DNA of 64,000 nucleotides from Chloroflexota bacterium (GCA_032124675.1 JAQBDA010000095.1:594-64593), one strand, 5' to 3'. Positions 19,636 to 27,958 are shown, counted from the first letter of the stretch. The notes: a model not told the origin generated them from the letters alone. A program made the numbers and translations.

Positions 19636-20490
19636 TCAGTTATCCTGGAATAAATCTTGCTCGCGCACCCGGCCCTCAACCGGAGGGTAAGCGCGCATGA
19701 AGAACTCGTTGTCACCCAGCAGGCGCTGCACCCAGCGCAGCGGGCTGCGCCGCCGTCCAGTTCCATCGAGCTGGCTGGCATGGCAGCTAGTGGCGTCCTC
19801 TTTGACCTGCACTACCGAGTGGACGTTGATCTTGGCATGGATGGGGAAATCGCCATCCTGCACCAGGTCGGCCAGGTTGATATCCTGGTTGCGCCCGTAG
19901 CGGCGCGGGTCTTTGCCCATCAGCGACAACAGCCATAATGCAATGCGCATATAGCGCTTGGGGATGACGTAATAGTACAGCCTCCCAGGTTGGTAAGGCG
20001 GCAGGTCACCGTTCAGCGCCGGGTCACCCGCCATATGAAAAGCCTGAACGGTGGCTTTATGCATGGCGATGTGGTCGGGGTGTTTGTAGCCGCCGATCGG
20101 GTCGAAGGTCAGCACGACCTGCGGGCGCAGCGCGCGGATGTGGTGGACAACTTTCTCCGTCACCTCGTCCAGCGGCGCGGCTGCCAGTGCCTGCGGGTGT
20201 TCGTTATCTGCGCTGCCGGGCATGCCCGAATCGCGGTAGTTCAGGAAATGCACGCCTGCCAGCCCCAGCTTCTCGGCCGCGCAGCGCAGCTCATCCTCGC
20301 GGCGCTCGGCGATCGAGTCGAAGCCGCGCAGGTATTGAGGGTCTACGGTGCCCGCTTCGCCGCGCGTGGCGCATACGAGGTGCACCGCCACACCCTGCCG
20401 GGCGTACAATGCCAGCGTACCGCCCATCCCGAATGATTCGTCATCCGGGTGGGCGAGCACGGCTAAGATCGTTCTATCATTATCTTCCAT
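19636..20490 (-). CDS. PIG-L/LmbE family deacetylase
   Basis: AHPDDESFGMGG and HPDH motifs. Confidence 0.85.
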   Translation of the reverse strand: MEDNDRTILAVLAHPDDESFGMGGTLALYARQGVAVHLVCATRGEAGTVDPQYLRGFDSIAERREDELRCAAEKLGLAGVHFLNYRDSGMPGSADNEHPQALAAAPLDEVTEKVVHHIRALRPQVVLTFDPIGGYKHPDHIAMHKATVQAFHMAGDPALNGDLPPYQPGRLYYYVIPKRYMRIALWLLSLMGKDPRRYGRNQDINLADLVQDGDFPIHAKINVHSVVQVKEDATSCHASQLDGTGRRRSPLRWVQRLLGDNEFFMRAYPPVEGRVREQDLFQDN

Positions 20491-20575
20491 ACTATCCTGT
20501 AATTTTAGCAGGTCTGCTTACTGGCAGGCCCGCGGTATATATCTAACGAACATATCAGATTTACAGTTATATTGG

Positions 20576-21730
20576 TCAATAGATCGGCATGCTGGGGTCG
20601 ACTTCCCGCGCCCAGGCGTTGATGCCGCCTTTCAGGTTCTTCATCTTGCGGAAGCCGGCGCTAGCCAGGAGCTCCAGGGCGCGCGCCGAGCGCGTGCCCG
20701 CCTTGCAGAACAGCACGATGTCTTCGGCGCTATCCAGCTCGGACATACGCGCTGCCAGCTGTCCCAGGGGGATCAGCGTGGCGCCGTCCAGGTGGGAGAT
20801 ATCCAGCTCGTGTGGTTCGCGCACATCGATCAGGTGCAGGTGGTTGCCCTCTTTCATCCGGTCGGCCAGCTCGCTGGCGGTGATATCCCAATCGCCGCCC
20901 ACCGCGCCCTCTTCGTGGTCGTGCGAGGGCACCCCGCAGAAGGCTTCATAATCGATCAGCTCGGTGACCTCCGGGTTCTCCCCGCACACCTTACAGTTGG
21001 GGTTCTTGCGCAGCCGGACGAAGTCGAAGGACATGTCCAGGGCGTTGTACAGCATTAGCCTGCCGATCAGCGGCTCGCCGATGCCCAGGATCAGCTTGAG
21101 CGCTTCGGTAGCCTGCAAGGTGCCGATCGTTCCGGGCAGCACGCCCAACACGCCGCCCTCCGCGCAGGAAGGCACCAGACCGGGCGGCGGCGGCTCCGGG
21201 AACAGGCAGCGGTAGCACGGCCCTACCTGGGCGTGGAACACGCTCACCTGACCTTCGAAGCGGAAGATCGAGCCGTAGACGTTGGGCTTGCCGGTCAGCA
21301 CGCACAGGTCATTGGTCAGGTAGCGGGTGGGGAAGTTATCCGTGCCGTCGATGATGAGGTCGTAAGGCTCGGCGATGCGCATGGCGTTTTCCGAGGTGAA
21401 CGCCTCGTTATACACGTCCACCTGGATATCCGGGTTGATATCCAGCATGCGCTGGCGGGCCGACTCGACCTTCAGCACGTCCAGGGAGGCCATGCCGTGG
21501 ATCACCTGACGCTGCAGGTTGGAGTAATCCACCACGTCGTAGTCCACCAGGCCGATGCGCCCGACGCCCGCAGCCGCCAGATACAGCGCGACCGGTGAGC
21601 CCAGCCCGCCGGTGCCGATCACCAGCACCGAGGCGGCCAGCAGCTTGCGCTGCCCCTCGAGGCCTACCTCGGGGATCAGCAGGTGGCGCGAATAGCGCAG
21701 GATCTCTTCATGAGTAAGTGTTGGTAACAT
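20576..21730 (-). CDS. moeZ: adenylyltransferase/sulfurtransferase MoeZ (ThiF/MoeB domain plus rhodanese)
   Basis: GTGGLGSP nucleotide loop, CYRC zinc motif, and a C-terminal rhodanese domain with CKAGTRS. Confidence 0.9.
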   Translation of the reverse strand: MLPTLTHEEILRYSRHLLIPEVGLEGQRKLLAASVLVIGTGGLGSPVALYLAAAGVGRIGLVDYDVVDYSNLQRQVIHGMASLDVLKVESARQRMLDINPDIQVDVYNEAFTSENAMRIAEPYDLIIDGTDNFPTRYLTNDLCVLTGKPNVYGSIFRFEGQVSVFHAQVGPCYRCLFPEPPPPGLVPSCAEGGVLGVLPGTIGTLQATEALKLILGIGEPLIGRLMLYNALDMSFDFVRLRKNPNCKVCGENPEVTELIDYEAFCGVPSHDHEEGAVGGDWDITASELADRMKEGNHLHLIDVREPHELDISHLDGATLIPLGQLAARMSELDSAEDIVLFCKAGTRSARALELLASAGFRKMKNLKGGINAWAREVDPSMPIY

Positions 21731-21845
21731 GTTTCATCCACTATAGTGATGTGAGATTAGAGAGTGGAGAGTAGAGAATAGAGGTCAGTGATCAGGTGGT
21801 CGCACGCTTCTCCATTCCCTGTTCTCTATTCTCTCGTCCCTATTC

Positions 21846-22118
21846 TCATCCTCCCGCAATACTGGGGATCAGCATCAGCCGGTCGCCTTCGTTGAGCGGG
21901 GTGTCCATACCCTGCAGGTCCCGGACGTTATCTTCGTTCAGGAACAGGTTGACGAATGGGCGCAGCTGCCCCTCGCCGTTGAACAGATGCGGGCGCAGGG
22001 CCGGGTGCTGGGCGACCAGCTCGTCCATCACTTCGTGCACCGTGCTGCCCTGCAGGTCGATCTCGGACTGTCCGTCGGTGTAGGTGCGCAGGGGGGTGGG
22101 GATTCTTAAACTTGGCAT
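21846..22118 (-). CDS. cysO: MoaD/ThiS-family sulfur carrier, CysO-like
   Basis: 90 aa ending in ..IAGG. Located beside mec, cysM and moeZ. Confidence 0.85.
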   Translation of the reverse strand: MPSLRIPTPLRTYTDGQSEIDLQGSTVHEVMDELVAQHPALRPHLFNGEGQLRPFVNLFLNEDNVRDLQGMDTPLNEGDRLMLIPSIAGG

Positions 22119-22141
22119 AAATTCCTCTCGAATATGGGATT

Positions 22142-22432
22142 TCAGCAGCCTTCTCTCTCGACGACCGTCTCACAGGTCGAGGCGGACGTGATCTCAACGG
22201 GCCCGGCCTGGGCGAAAGGCTGCATGAAGTTATCGATCTTCGCTTTTTCATCCGCTTCCAGGATGAGCACGAAGGTGTGCTGTCCATCTAATACTGCATC
22301 GCCGACGATCTGCACGCCAAACTTACGGGCGTTCAGCGGGCTGATATGAGTGAGCAGCATATTGCCTGCCGCCGGGTCTTTTGCCGGGCAGGTCTCAGCA
22401 TCGTGATAGTGGCGTACAAAGTAGAGCGACAT
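22142..22432 (-). CDS. hypothetical small protein embedded in the cysteine cluster
   Basis: 96 aa. GGAGG RBS 7 nt upstream. Cys at positions 15, 87 and 96 (C-terminal). No family recognised. Confidence 0.6.
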   Translation of the reverse strand: MSLYFVRHYHDAETCPAKDPAAGNMLLTHISPLNARKFGVQIVGDAVLDGQHTFVLILEADEKAKIDNFMQPFAQAGPVEITSASTCETVVEREGC

Positions 22433-22445
22433 GATATACCTCCAA

Positions 22446-22497
22446 GGTAACAGTAAAAGGGGATTGGTAATCAGTGAGTAGAGAGTAGTGAGTAGTG
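22446..22497 (-). repeat. G-depleted leader element, copy A (upstream of orf96)
   Basis: The mRNA-sense sequence CACTACTCACTACTCTCTACTCACTGATTACCAATCCCCTTTTACTGTTACC runs directly into the RBS. Copy B is at 33849-33893. Confidence 0.6.
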
Positions 22498-22571
22498 AAG
22501 CGGGAGCAGGTTCTCAACTCAGTGAAAAAAACTCTGTGTGCTCAGTGTTCTCCGTGGTGAAAAAACTCTCT

Positions 22572-23015
22572 TCAGCGACTGACAGTGACTGGTTCTTCGA
22601 TGAAGGCCTGCCGGTCTTCGCTCAGCAGCCAGGAGCGGCTGCCGGTTGCCTGACCGGACTGTACGCTGGTGATCAGGTAGGAGAACCAGGGCATCGCCCA
22701 CTCCCGGTCGAACTCTGAGGGGCGGTTGGGGTGGTCGGGATGGGAGTGGAACACACCCAGCACATCCAGCCCCCGGCGGGCAGCCTCCTGCTCGCCGAGC
22801 ATATAATCCTGCGGGGTGAGCAGGTAACGGTTGTGGCGGGCGCTGTCCTCGCGGGCGTTCGACAGGGGCAAGATGGCCTCCACCTGCTTGTGCTGCCCGT
22901 CCAGCCTGCCGAGCAGCAGGCCGGCGCCTTCCTCCGGGTAGGCTGCCTCGCCGTGACGGTCGATCTGCTGCATGATGTCGGATGCGATCTGCAAACTCAT
23001 TCTTACCTCCACCAT
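22572..23015 (-). CDS. mec: JAMM/MPN+ metalloprotease, Mec-like (CysO-cysteine peptidase)
   Basis: JAMM motif HSHPDHPNRPSEFD and an upstream E (YPEEGAG). Confidence 0.9.
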   Translation of the reverse strand: MVEVRMSLQIASDIMQQIDRHGEAAYPEEGAGLLLGRLDGQHKQVEAILPLSNAREDSARHNRYLLTPQDYMLGEQEAARRGLDVLGVFHSHPDHPNRPSEFDREWAMPWFSYLITSVQSGQATGSRSWLLSEDRQAFIEEPVTVSR

Positions 23016-23021
23016 CCTCGC

Positions 23022-24002
23022 TCAGTCCTCTTCCGCGGGCTCCCACAAGCCCTTATCGCTCAGGTATTTATAGCCCGCATCGGGGAACACGGTAACAACC
23101 ACGCCCTGGTCAAGCTCCTCGGCGACTTTCAATGCTGCTGCGGCCGCTGCCCCGGACGAGATGCCGGTGAACAGTCCTTCCTCGCGTGCCAATCGACGCA
23201 CCATGTCGTGGGCCTCTTCGGTGGAGATCTCCAGGGTGCGGTCGGGCAGGCTGGGGTCGAAAATGCCCGGCTGGATGGCAGTGGGCATGTGCTTCAATCC
23301 CTCCAGCCCGTGCAGGGGGCTATCCGGCTGCACAGCGATAAGCTGTATATCGGGGTTGAACTGCTGCAGGTAGCGGCTGACGCCGGTCAGCGTGCCGCTG
23401 GTGCCCAGCCCGGCGACGATATGCGTGACCTGCCCGGCGGTCTGCTGGAAGATCTCCGGACCGGTGGTCAGATAGTGCGCCTGCCAATTAGCCGGGTTGT
23501 CGTACTGGTTGGCGTAGAAATACAGGTCGGGTTCCTCGGCTGCCATCTGGCGGGCGACGCGGATGGCGCCATCCGACCCTTCCAGCGGGTCGGTCAGCAC
23601 CAGCTCCGCGCCCAGGGCGCGCAGGATGGCGATGCGCTCCGGGCTGGCGTTGGCGGGCAGCACCAGCGTTACAGGCACGTCCATCGCCGCCCCGAAGGTG
23701 GTGTAGGCGATGCCCATATTGCCCGAAGTCGAGTCGAGCAGGCGCTTGCCAGGCACCAGGTCGCAGTTCGCCAGGGCGGTGCGCAGGATGTTGAACGCCG
23801 GGCGGTCCTTGATCGATCCGCCGGGGTTGAACCATTCCGCTTTGGCATATACCTGCACCGAGGATGGCAGGTCAGCCGTGATGCGCCGCAGGACCAGCAG
23901 CGGGGTGTTGCCCACAGTGAACTCGACGCCGCACGGCGGCGGGGGGGCAACCACCAGCGATTGGGCCAGCCTTTCCTGGGTTTTTACGATTAGATCGCTC
24001 AT
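23022..24002 (-). CDS. cysM: PLP-dependent cysteine synthase, CysM-like
   Basis: GGSIKDRPA, SSGNMGIA and GTSGT motifs. Start set at ATG 24002 (GGAG 8 nt upstream). Alternative ATG at 24020. Confidence 0.9.
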   Translation of the reverse strand: MSDLIVKTQERLAQSLVVAPPPPCGVEFTVGNTPLLVLRRITADLPSSVQVYAKAEWFNPGGSIKDRPAFNILRTALANCDLVPGKRLLDSTSGNMGIAYTTFGAAMDVPVTLVLPANASPERIAILRALGAELVLTDPLEGSDGAIRVARQMAAEEPDLYFYANQYDNPANWQAHYLTTGPEIFQQTAGQVTHIVAGLGTSGTLTGVSRYLQQFNPDIQLIAVQPDSPLHGLEGLKHMPTAIQPGIFDPSLPDRTLEISTEEAHDMVRRLAREEGLFTGISSGAAAAAALKVAEELDQGVVVTVFPDAGYKYLSDKGLWEPAEED

Positions 24003-24043
24003 CGGATCAGCTCCAACCATTCAGCTTGCACTTGCATATTTCG

Positions 24044-24301
24044 ATAAATAAAAGACCGGCAGACACCAAAAAAGGTGGTGGGCTATCAGCCACGCATTAT
24101 CAATTCCGCATGCGGGGTCCCAACCACCTCTCGCCAGTCTGCCGGTCTCATGAAACAGGGGGGATCTGTTTCGGCGTGTGTGCTATGACGAGGCGGTGGT
24201 TACAGGCCCCGCCTCAGACACATGCAAGTGTACATGAATGTTTGCTCCGTGCAGTTCGCCGCTCGGAAATTTATCCTTCCGAAGTATTCGGCGATTTGCA
24301 T
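24044..24301 (-). promoter_or_regulatory. cysM leader: Cys-codon leader ORF, alternative helices and two nested intrinsic terminators (candidate attenuator)
   Basis: Minus strand. ORF 24301-24200 encodes ..MYTCMCLRRGL. Helix GAGGCGG/CCGCCTC. AACCACC is complementary to GGTGGTT. Terminator GGTGGTTGGG/CCCACCACC plus U6. Outer 11-bp helix plus UUUUAUUUAU. Confidence 0.6.
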
Positions 24302-24330
24302 TAAAGATATTTATGAGTAAATTCGTAATA

Positions 24331-24358
24331 ATTATAAGCGCGATGCGAAGCTTGTCAA
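24331..24358 (-). promoter_or_regulatory. near-consensus promoter of the cysM leader
   Basis: TTGACA (24358-24353), 16-nt spacer, TATAAT (24336-24331). Confidence 0.55.
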
Positions 24359-24487
24359 GAGGCAAAAAAAACTATCCATTTGGCTAGAGGATAACTCTCC
24401 TTTCGAATGAAGCGATTAATGGCGGAATGGATTATGATGGTAGCGTACAACCCACTTATCCGAATCGTTTCACCAAAGGAAACTCCC

Positions 24488-25237
24488 ATGAAAACCAAAA
24501 CCATAATGATTTCCCTTTTTGTCCTGTCGATGTTGTCCATGAGCTGCAACTTCTTGACAAATATCGGTGTCAATGCGATTACTCCATCCGATGTGACTAT
24601 CAGCGAGAACCGGGATGTCAGCGGCTTTGATGCGATCGATTTCACCACTTTCGGAAAGATGAATATCATGCAGGGCGATGTCGAGTCGCTGAACATATCC
24701 GGACCCGACAATCTGGTACCGGAAATCAGAACCACAGTGCGCAATGGGACGCTCATCATCGAGACCGATAAAAATCTCACCATTAGATCTCTAAACAAAG
24801 AGCTCGAATTGGTATTCACACTCGTCGTCAAAGATCTCACCTCGCTGGCAATCAGCGGGCTGGGTGATGTCCAGGTAGAGACCCTTTCAACCCCCAGCAT
24901 GGATATAAATATGAGTGGTGCGGGGAGGATTGTGCAGGACCAGATCACCACGGATAATCTGAATGTCAATCTCAGTGGATTGGGTGGGATTGAAATTTCT
25001 GGTCAGACTGCTCGGGCTGCGATAGACATTTCCGGCGCTGGCAGTGTAAATGCTCCGGACTTGCAGATCCAGACTGCCAAGGTTAACGTCTCGGGTTTGG
25101 GCGGCGCTACCCTGTGGGTGACGGATCAGTTAACCGGTGAGATCAGCGGCGCCGGCAGCGTTTCCTATTATGGCAATCCCCAGACCAGCACGACTTCTTC
25201 TGGATTAGGGGATTTCAAATCCCTGGGAAATAAATAG
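24488..25237 (+). CDS. DUF2807 (GIN/head-domain, adhesin-like beta-helix) lipoprotein
   Basis: Lipobox LSMSC. Repeated SG(L/A)G..V motifs. Start at ATG 24488 after AAGGAAA. Visibly lower G+C than its neighbours. Confidence 0.7.
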   Translation: MKTKTIMISLFVLSMLSMSCNFLTNIGVNAITPSDVTISENRDVSGFDAIDFTTFGKMNIMQGDVESLNISGPDNLVPEIRTTVRNGTLIIETDKNLTIRSLNKELELVFTLVVKDLTSLAISGLGDVQVETLSTPSMDINMSGAGRIVQDQITTDNLNVNLSGLGGIEISGQTARAAIDISGAGSVNAPDLQIQTAKVNVSGLGGATLWVTDQLTGEISGAGSVSYYGNPQTSTTSSGLGDFKSLGNK

Positions 25238-25434
25238 CAGGTATTCCCCCCTTCACAGAGGAGGGATACTCTAACTCTCAAACAACCTACCCCTTTCCAG
25301 CCTGCAGGAGAGGGGTAGGTTGCATTCTTTAAAACCACCCGGGATAAATATTAACCGAATTCAAAGCTCAGGCTCAGTCCAGGGTCGGTTATAATTTTTC
25401 CTTGATCCTTGGCAATTCAACCGATCTTGTCATC

Positions 25435-27690
25435 ATGAGAAGAATTTTTGTCATCCTCCTCGCCGCAGTGCTGCTTTCAGCCTGCAAAACAGCCGCGGGA
25501 CCCGAAATCAGCCCAACCCCGACCGCGGAGCTGGTCCCTACATCCACGCCCACCACCACGCTGACTCCCACCGTCACGCCCACACCCAGACCGGACGCCC
25601 GAGCCCGGGCAGAAGCCTTCCTGTTCGCCTGGCGAGCCGACGATTATCCTGCTATGTACGATCTGCTCTCGGCCGAGAGCCAGGCAGCGCTCAGTCTGGA
25701 AGACCTCACCAACCACATGCGCGGCGTGGCGATCGAGGCTGCCCTCGAATCCATCGATTATGAAATCCTCTCGGTAGAGGAGGCAGGAGAACAAGCCGAT
25801 GCTCGCTACCGGGTGACCTTCGACAGCAACCTGGTTCCTGAATTTTCCGACGAAACCGGCATGACCCTGCTGCTGGAGGATGGCGATTGGCGCGTGAAAT
25901 GGGAAGATACGCTCGTCATGTCGCCCTTGAGCGGGCAAAACTACCTGAGCATGAACCGTGTCGATTACACCCCGGAACGCGGCTTCATCTACGACCGGGA
26001 TGGGAACATGATGGCGGGAGGATCAGATGTCTATGCCATTGGACTGGACATGTTTACCTTCGACCCGGAGTTCTCGGAGTCGGTCATTAACACCCTGGCG
26101 CGGTTGAGCGGCGAGCCGGCGAAGAGAGTGGAGGAGCGCATCGAGGCTGCGCTGGCAAACGCCACCCAGTACCTGTCGTTTGGCGAGTACCCTGCCAGCC
26201 GGGGAGCGGCATTCGAGGGCGCCTTGAATGGCCTGTCCGGCGCAACCTGGAACGTCTATAACTCGCGCTACTACTCAGGCTCTCCCTATTTCGGCGCCGC
26301 GCCGCACATCCTCGGTTATGTGGGGCAGATGGACCCCGACCAGGTGGATGACTTCCGCCGCCTGGGCTTCCGCAAAGATGAGCTGATCGGGCAGAGTGGT
26401 CTGGAGAAGTGGGCTGAAGAGTCCTTGTTAGGTAAGCGCGGAGGCGCGCTGTACGTGCGGGATGGTAACCACCAGGTCATGCAGACACTGGCCGAGAATC
26501 CGGCGGTGCCATCCCAGAATATCACCACTACCCTGGACATGGATTTTCAGATCGGGGTGCAGAACGCCCTCAGCGGGCTGCCGGGCGCCGCGGTGGTGTT
26601 GGAGCGGGATACCGGTCGGGTGCTGGCGATGGCCTCCTCGCCAACCTTCAACCCAAACGGCTTCAACCCGGCCAGCATCAACTCCTTTACCGAACTTGGC
26701 GATCTGAACAACCCGCTCAACCCGCTGTATAACCGCGCCACCCAGGGGCAGTACCCGCTGGGATCGGTGTTCAAGATTATCAGCATGGCAGCCGGACTGG
26801 AAAGCGGTATCTTCAACGCTGAATCGACATATGACTGCGGTTATTTATTCACCGATATCCCCGGCATCCGCAAACAAGATTGGACCTACGAACACTTCCT
26901 GGAAGACGGAGAGACCCAGCCCAGCGGGCTGCTCACCCTGCCGCAAGGGCTGATCCGCTCCTGCAATCCGTGGTTCTACCACATCGGGCAGGTGCTGTAC
27001 GAGTCGAACAGACCCAACGACATCTCCAATATGGCGCGTGCCTTCGGCCTGGGCAGCCCGACCGGCATCCAGGGGGTTGACGAGCTGCCCGGCAATGTGC
27101 CTGATCCGGTCTCTATCGAAGATGCCATCGATCTGGCGACCGGGCAATCACAGCTTCAAGTCACGCCGCTGCAGGTCGCCAACTTTGTGGCCGCGGTGGG
27201 CAACGGCGGCACGCTGTACACCCCGCAGGTGATCGAACGCATCGCCCCGCCCAACGGCGAGCCTTCCATGCTTTTCGAGCCGCAGGTGCTCGGTACGCTT
27301 CCGGTCACGTCCGAGAACCTGAAGCTCATTCAAGATGCCATGTTGGGTGTGACGACCAGTCGCGATCCAGAGGGTACCGCTGAGTATGTATTCCGCGGCT
27401 TGCGCTATCCGGTGCATGGCAAAACCGGGACTGCCCAGACGGGACTGGAGCCGCACGCCTGGTTTGCCGCCTACACCGATGCGGGCGACGCCCAACTAGC
27501 GGATATCGCTGTGGCGGTGATCGTGGAAAACGGCGGGGAAGGCTCCGAGTGGGCTGCCCCCATCACCCGGCGCATCATAGAGCTGTACTACCAGGGTCGC
27601 CCCGGCAAGCTGTATCCCTGGGAAGAGAGCTACGGTGTGTGGGCCACCCCCGAGCCGCCACCCGAGGAAGGTGACATCCCAGAGCCGTAA
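25435..27690 (+). CDS. class B penicillin-binding protein (transpeptidase) with NTF2-like N-terminal domain
   Basis: Lipobox LLSAC. SVFK (SxxK), SCN (SxN) and KTGTA motifs. Confidence 0.88.
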   Translation: MRRIFVILLAAVLLSACKTAAGPEISPTPTAELVPTSTPTTTLTPTVTPTPRPDARARAEAFLFAWRADDYPAMYDLLSAESQAALSLEDLTNHMRGVAIEAALESIDYEILSVEEAGEQADARYRVTFDSNLVPEFSDETGMTLLLEDGDWRVKWEDTLVMSPLSGQNYLSMNRVDYTPERGFIYDRDGNMMAGGSDVYAIGLDMFTFDPEFSESVINTLARLSGEPAKRVEERIEAALANATQYLSFGEYPASRGAAFEGALNGLSGATWNVYNSRYYSGSPYFGAAPHILGYVGQMDPDQVDDFRRLGFRKDELIGQSGLEKWAEESLLGKRGGALYVRDGNHQVMQTLAENPAVPSQNITTTLDMDFQIGVQNALSGLPGAAVVLERDTGRVLAMASSPTFNPNGFNPASINSFTELGDLNNPLNPLYNRATQGQYPLGSVFKIISMAAGLESGIFNAESTYDCGYLFTDIPGIRKQDWTYEHFLEDGETQPSGLLTLPQGLIRSCNPWFYHIGQVLYESNRPNDISNMARAFGLGSPTGIQGVDELPGNVPDPVSIEDAIDLATGQSQLQVTPLQVANFVAAVGNGGTLYTPQVIERIAPPNGEPSMLFEPQVLGTLPVTSENLKLIQDAMLGVTTSRDPEGTAEYVFRGLRYPVHGKTGTAQTGLEPHAWFAAYTDAGDAQLADIAVAVIVENGGEGSEWAAPITRRIIELYYQGRPGKLYPWEESYGVWATPEPPPEEGDIPEP

Positions 27691-27958
27691 ATAAAGACTC
27701 AATAGCTCCCTTGGGATTTGTTTCCGCTCTAAGGCCTCGCGGTTGTCTCAAGTTGCACTTGAACAGAAAATAATGCTGCTCTGCCTATCTCAGCCGATTC
27801 AATATACCTCACCCCCTCGCCCTAATCCATCTCATAATACCCCATCCTGACATAACGGTGATAGTTTGTAGATTTGTCACCCGGTAGCTTGAAAAAAGGC
27901 TGTATATGTACAGTCTGTTCCTTGGCGCAATTATTATTGCATGGATTAAAGAATGCAC

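Noticed and set aside
22731-23993. 420-aa ORF antisense to mec and cysM
   Set aside because: It overlaps two recognisable minus-strand genes. Its Gly/Arg/Ala-rich low-information sequence is a G+C artefact.
24044-24147. T-box riboswitch upstream of cysM (suggested by GGTGGT)
   Set aside because: I could not find the T-box consensus (..GGGTGGTACCGCG..), a stem I with a specifier loop, or a UGGN bulge arrangement. GGTGGTTGGG is simply the 5' arm of a terminator. The leader-peptide model explains all elements. It still needs a covariance-model scan to be formally excluded.
27900-27913. LexA/SOS-box-like palindrome CTGTATATGTACAG
   Set aside because: The spacing is CTGT-N6-ACAG rather than the CTGT-N8-ACAG of the E. 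coli type, and it does not match the GAAC-N4-GTTC type. It is a single occurrence far upstream of the candidate promoter.
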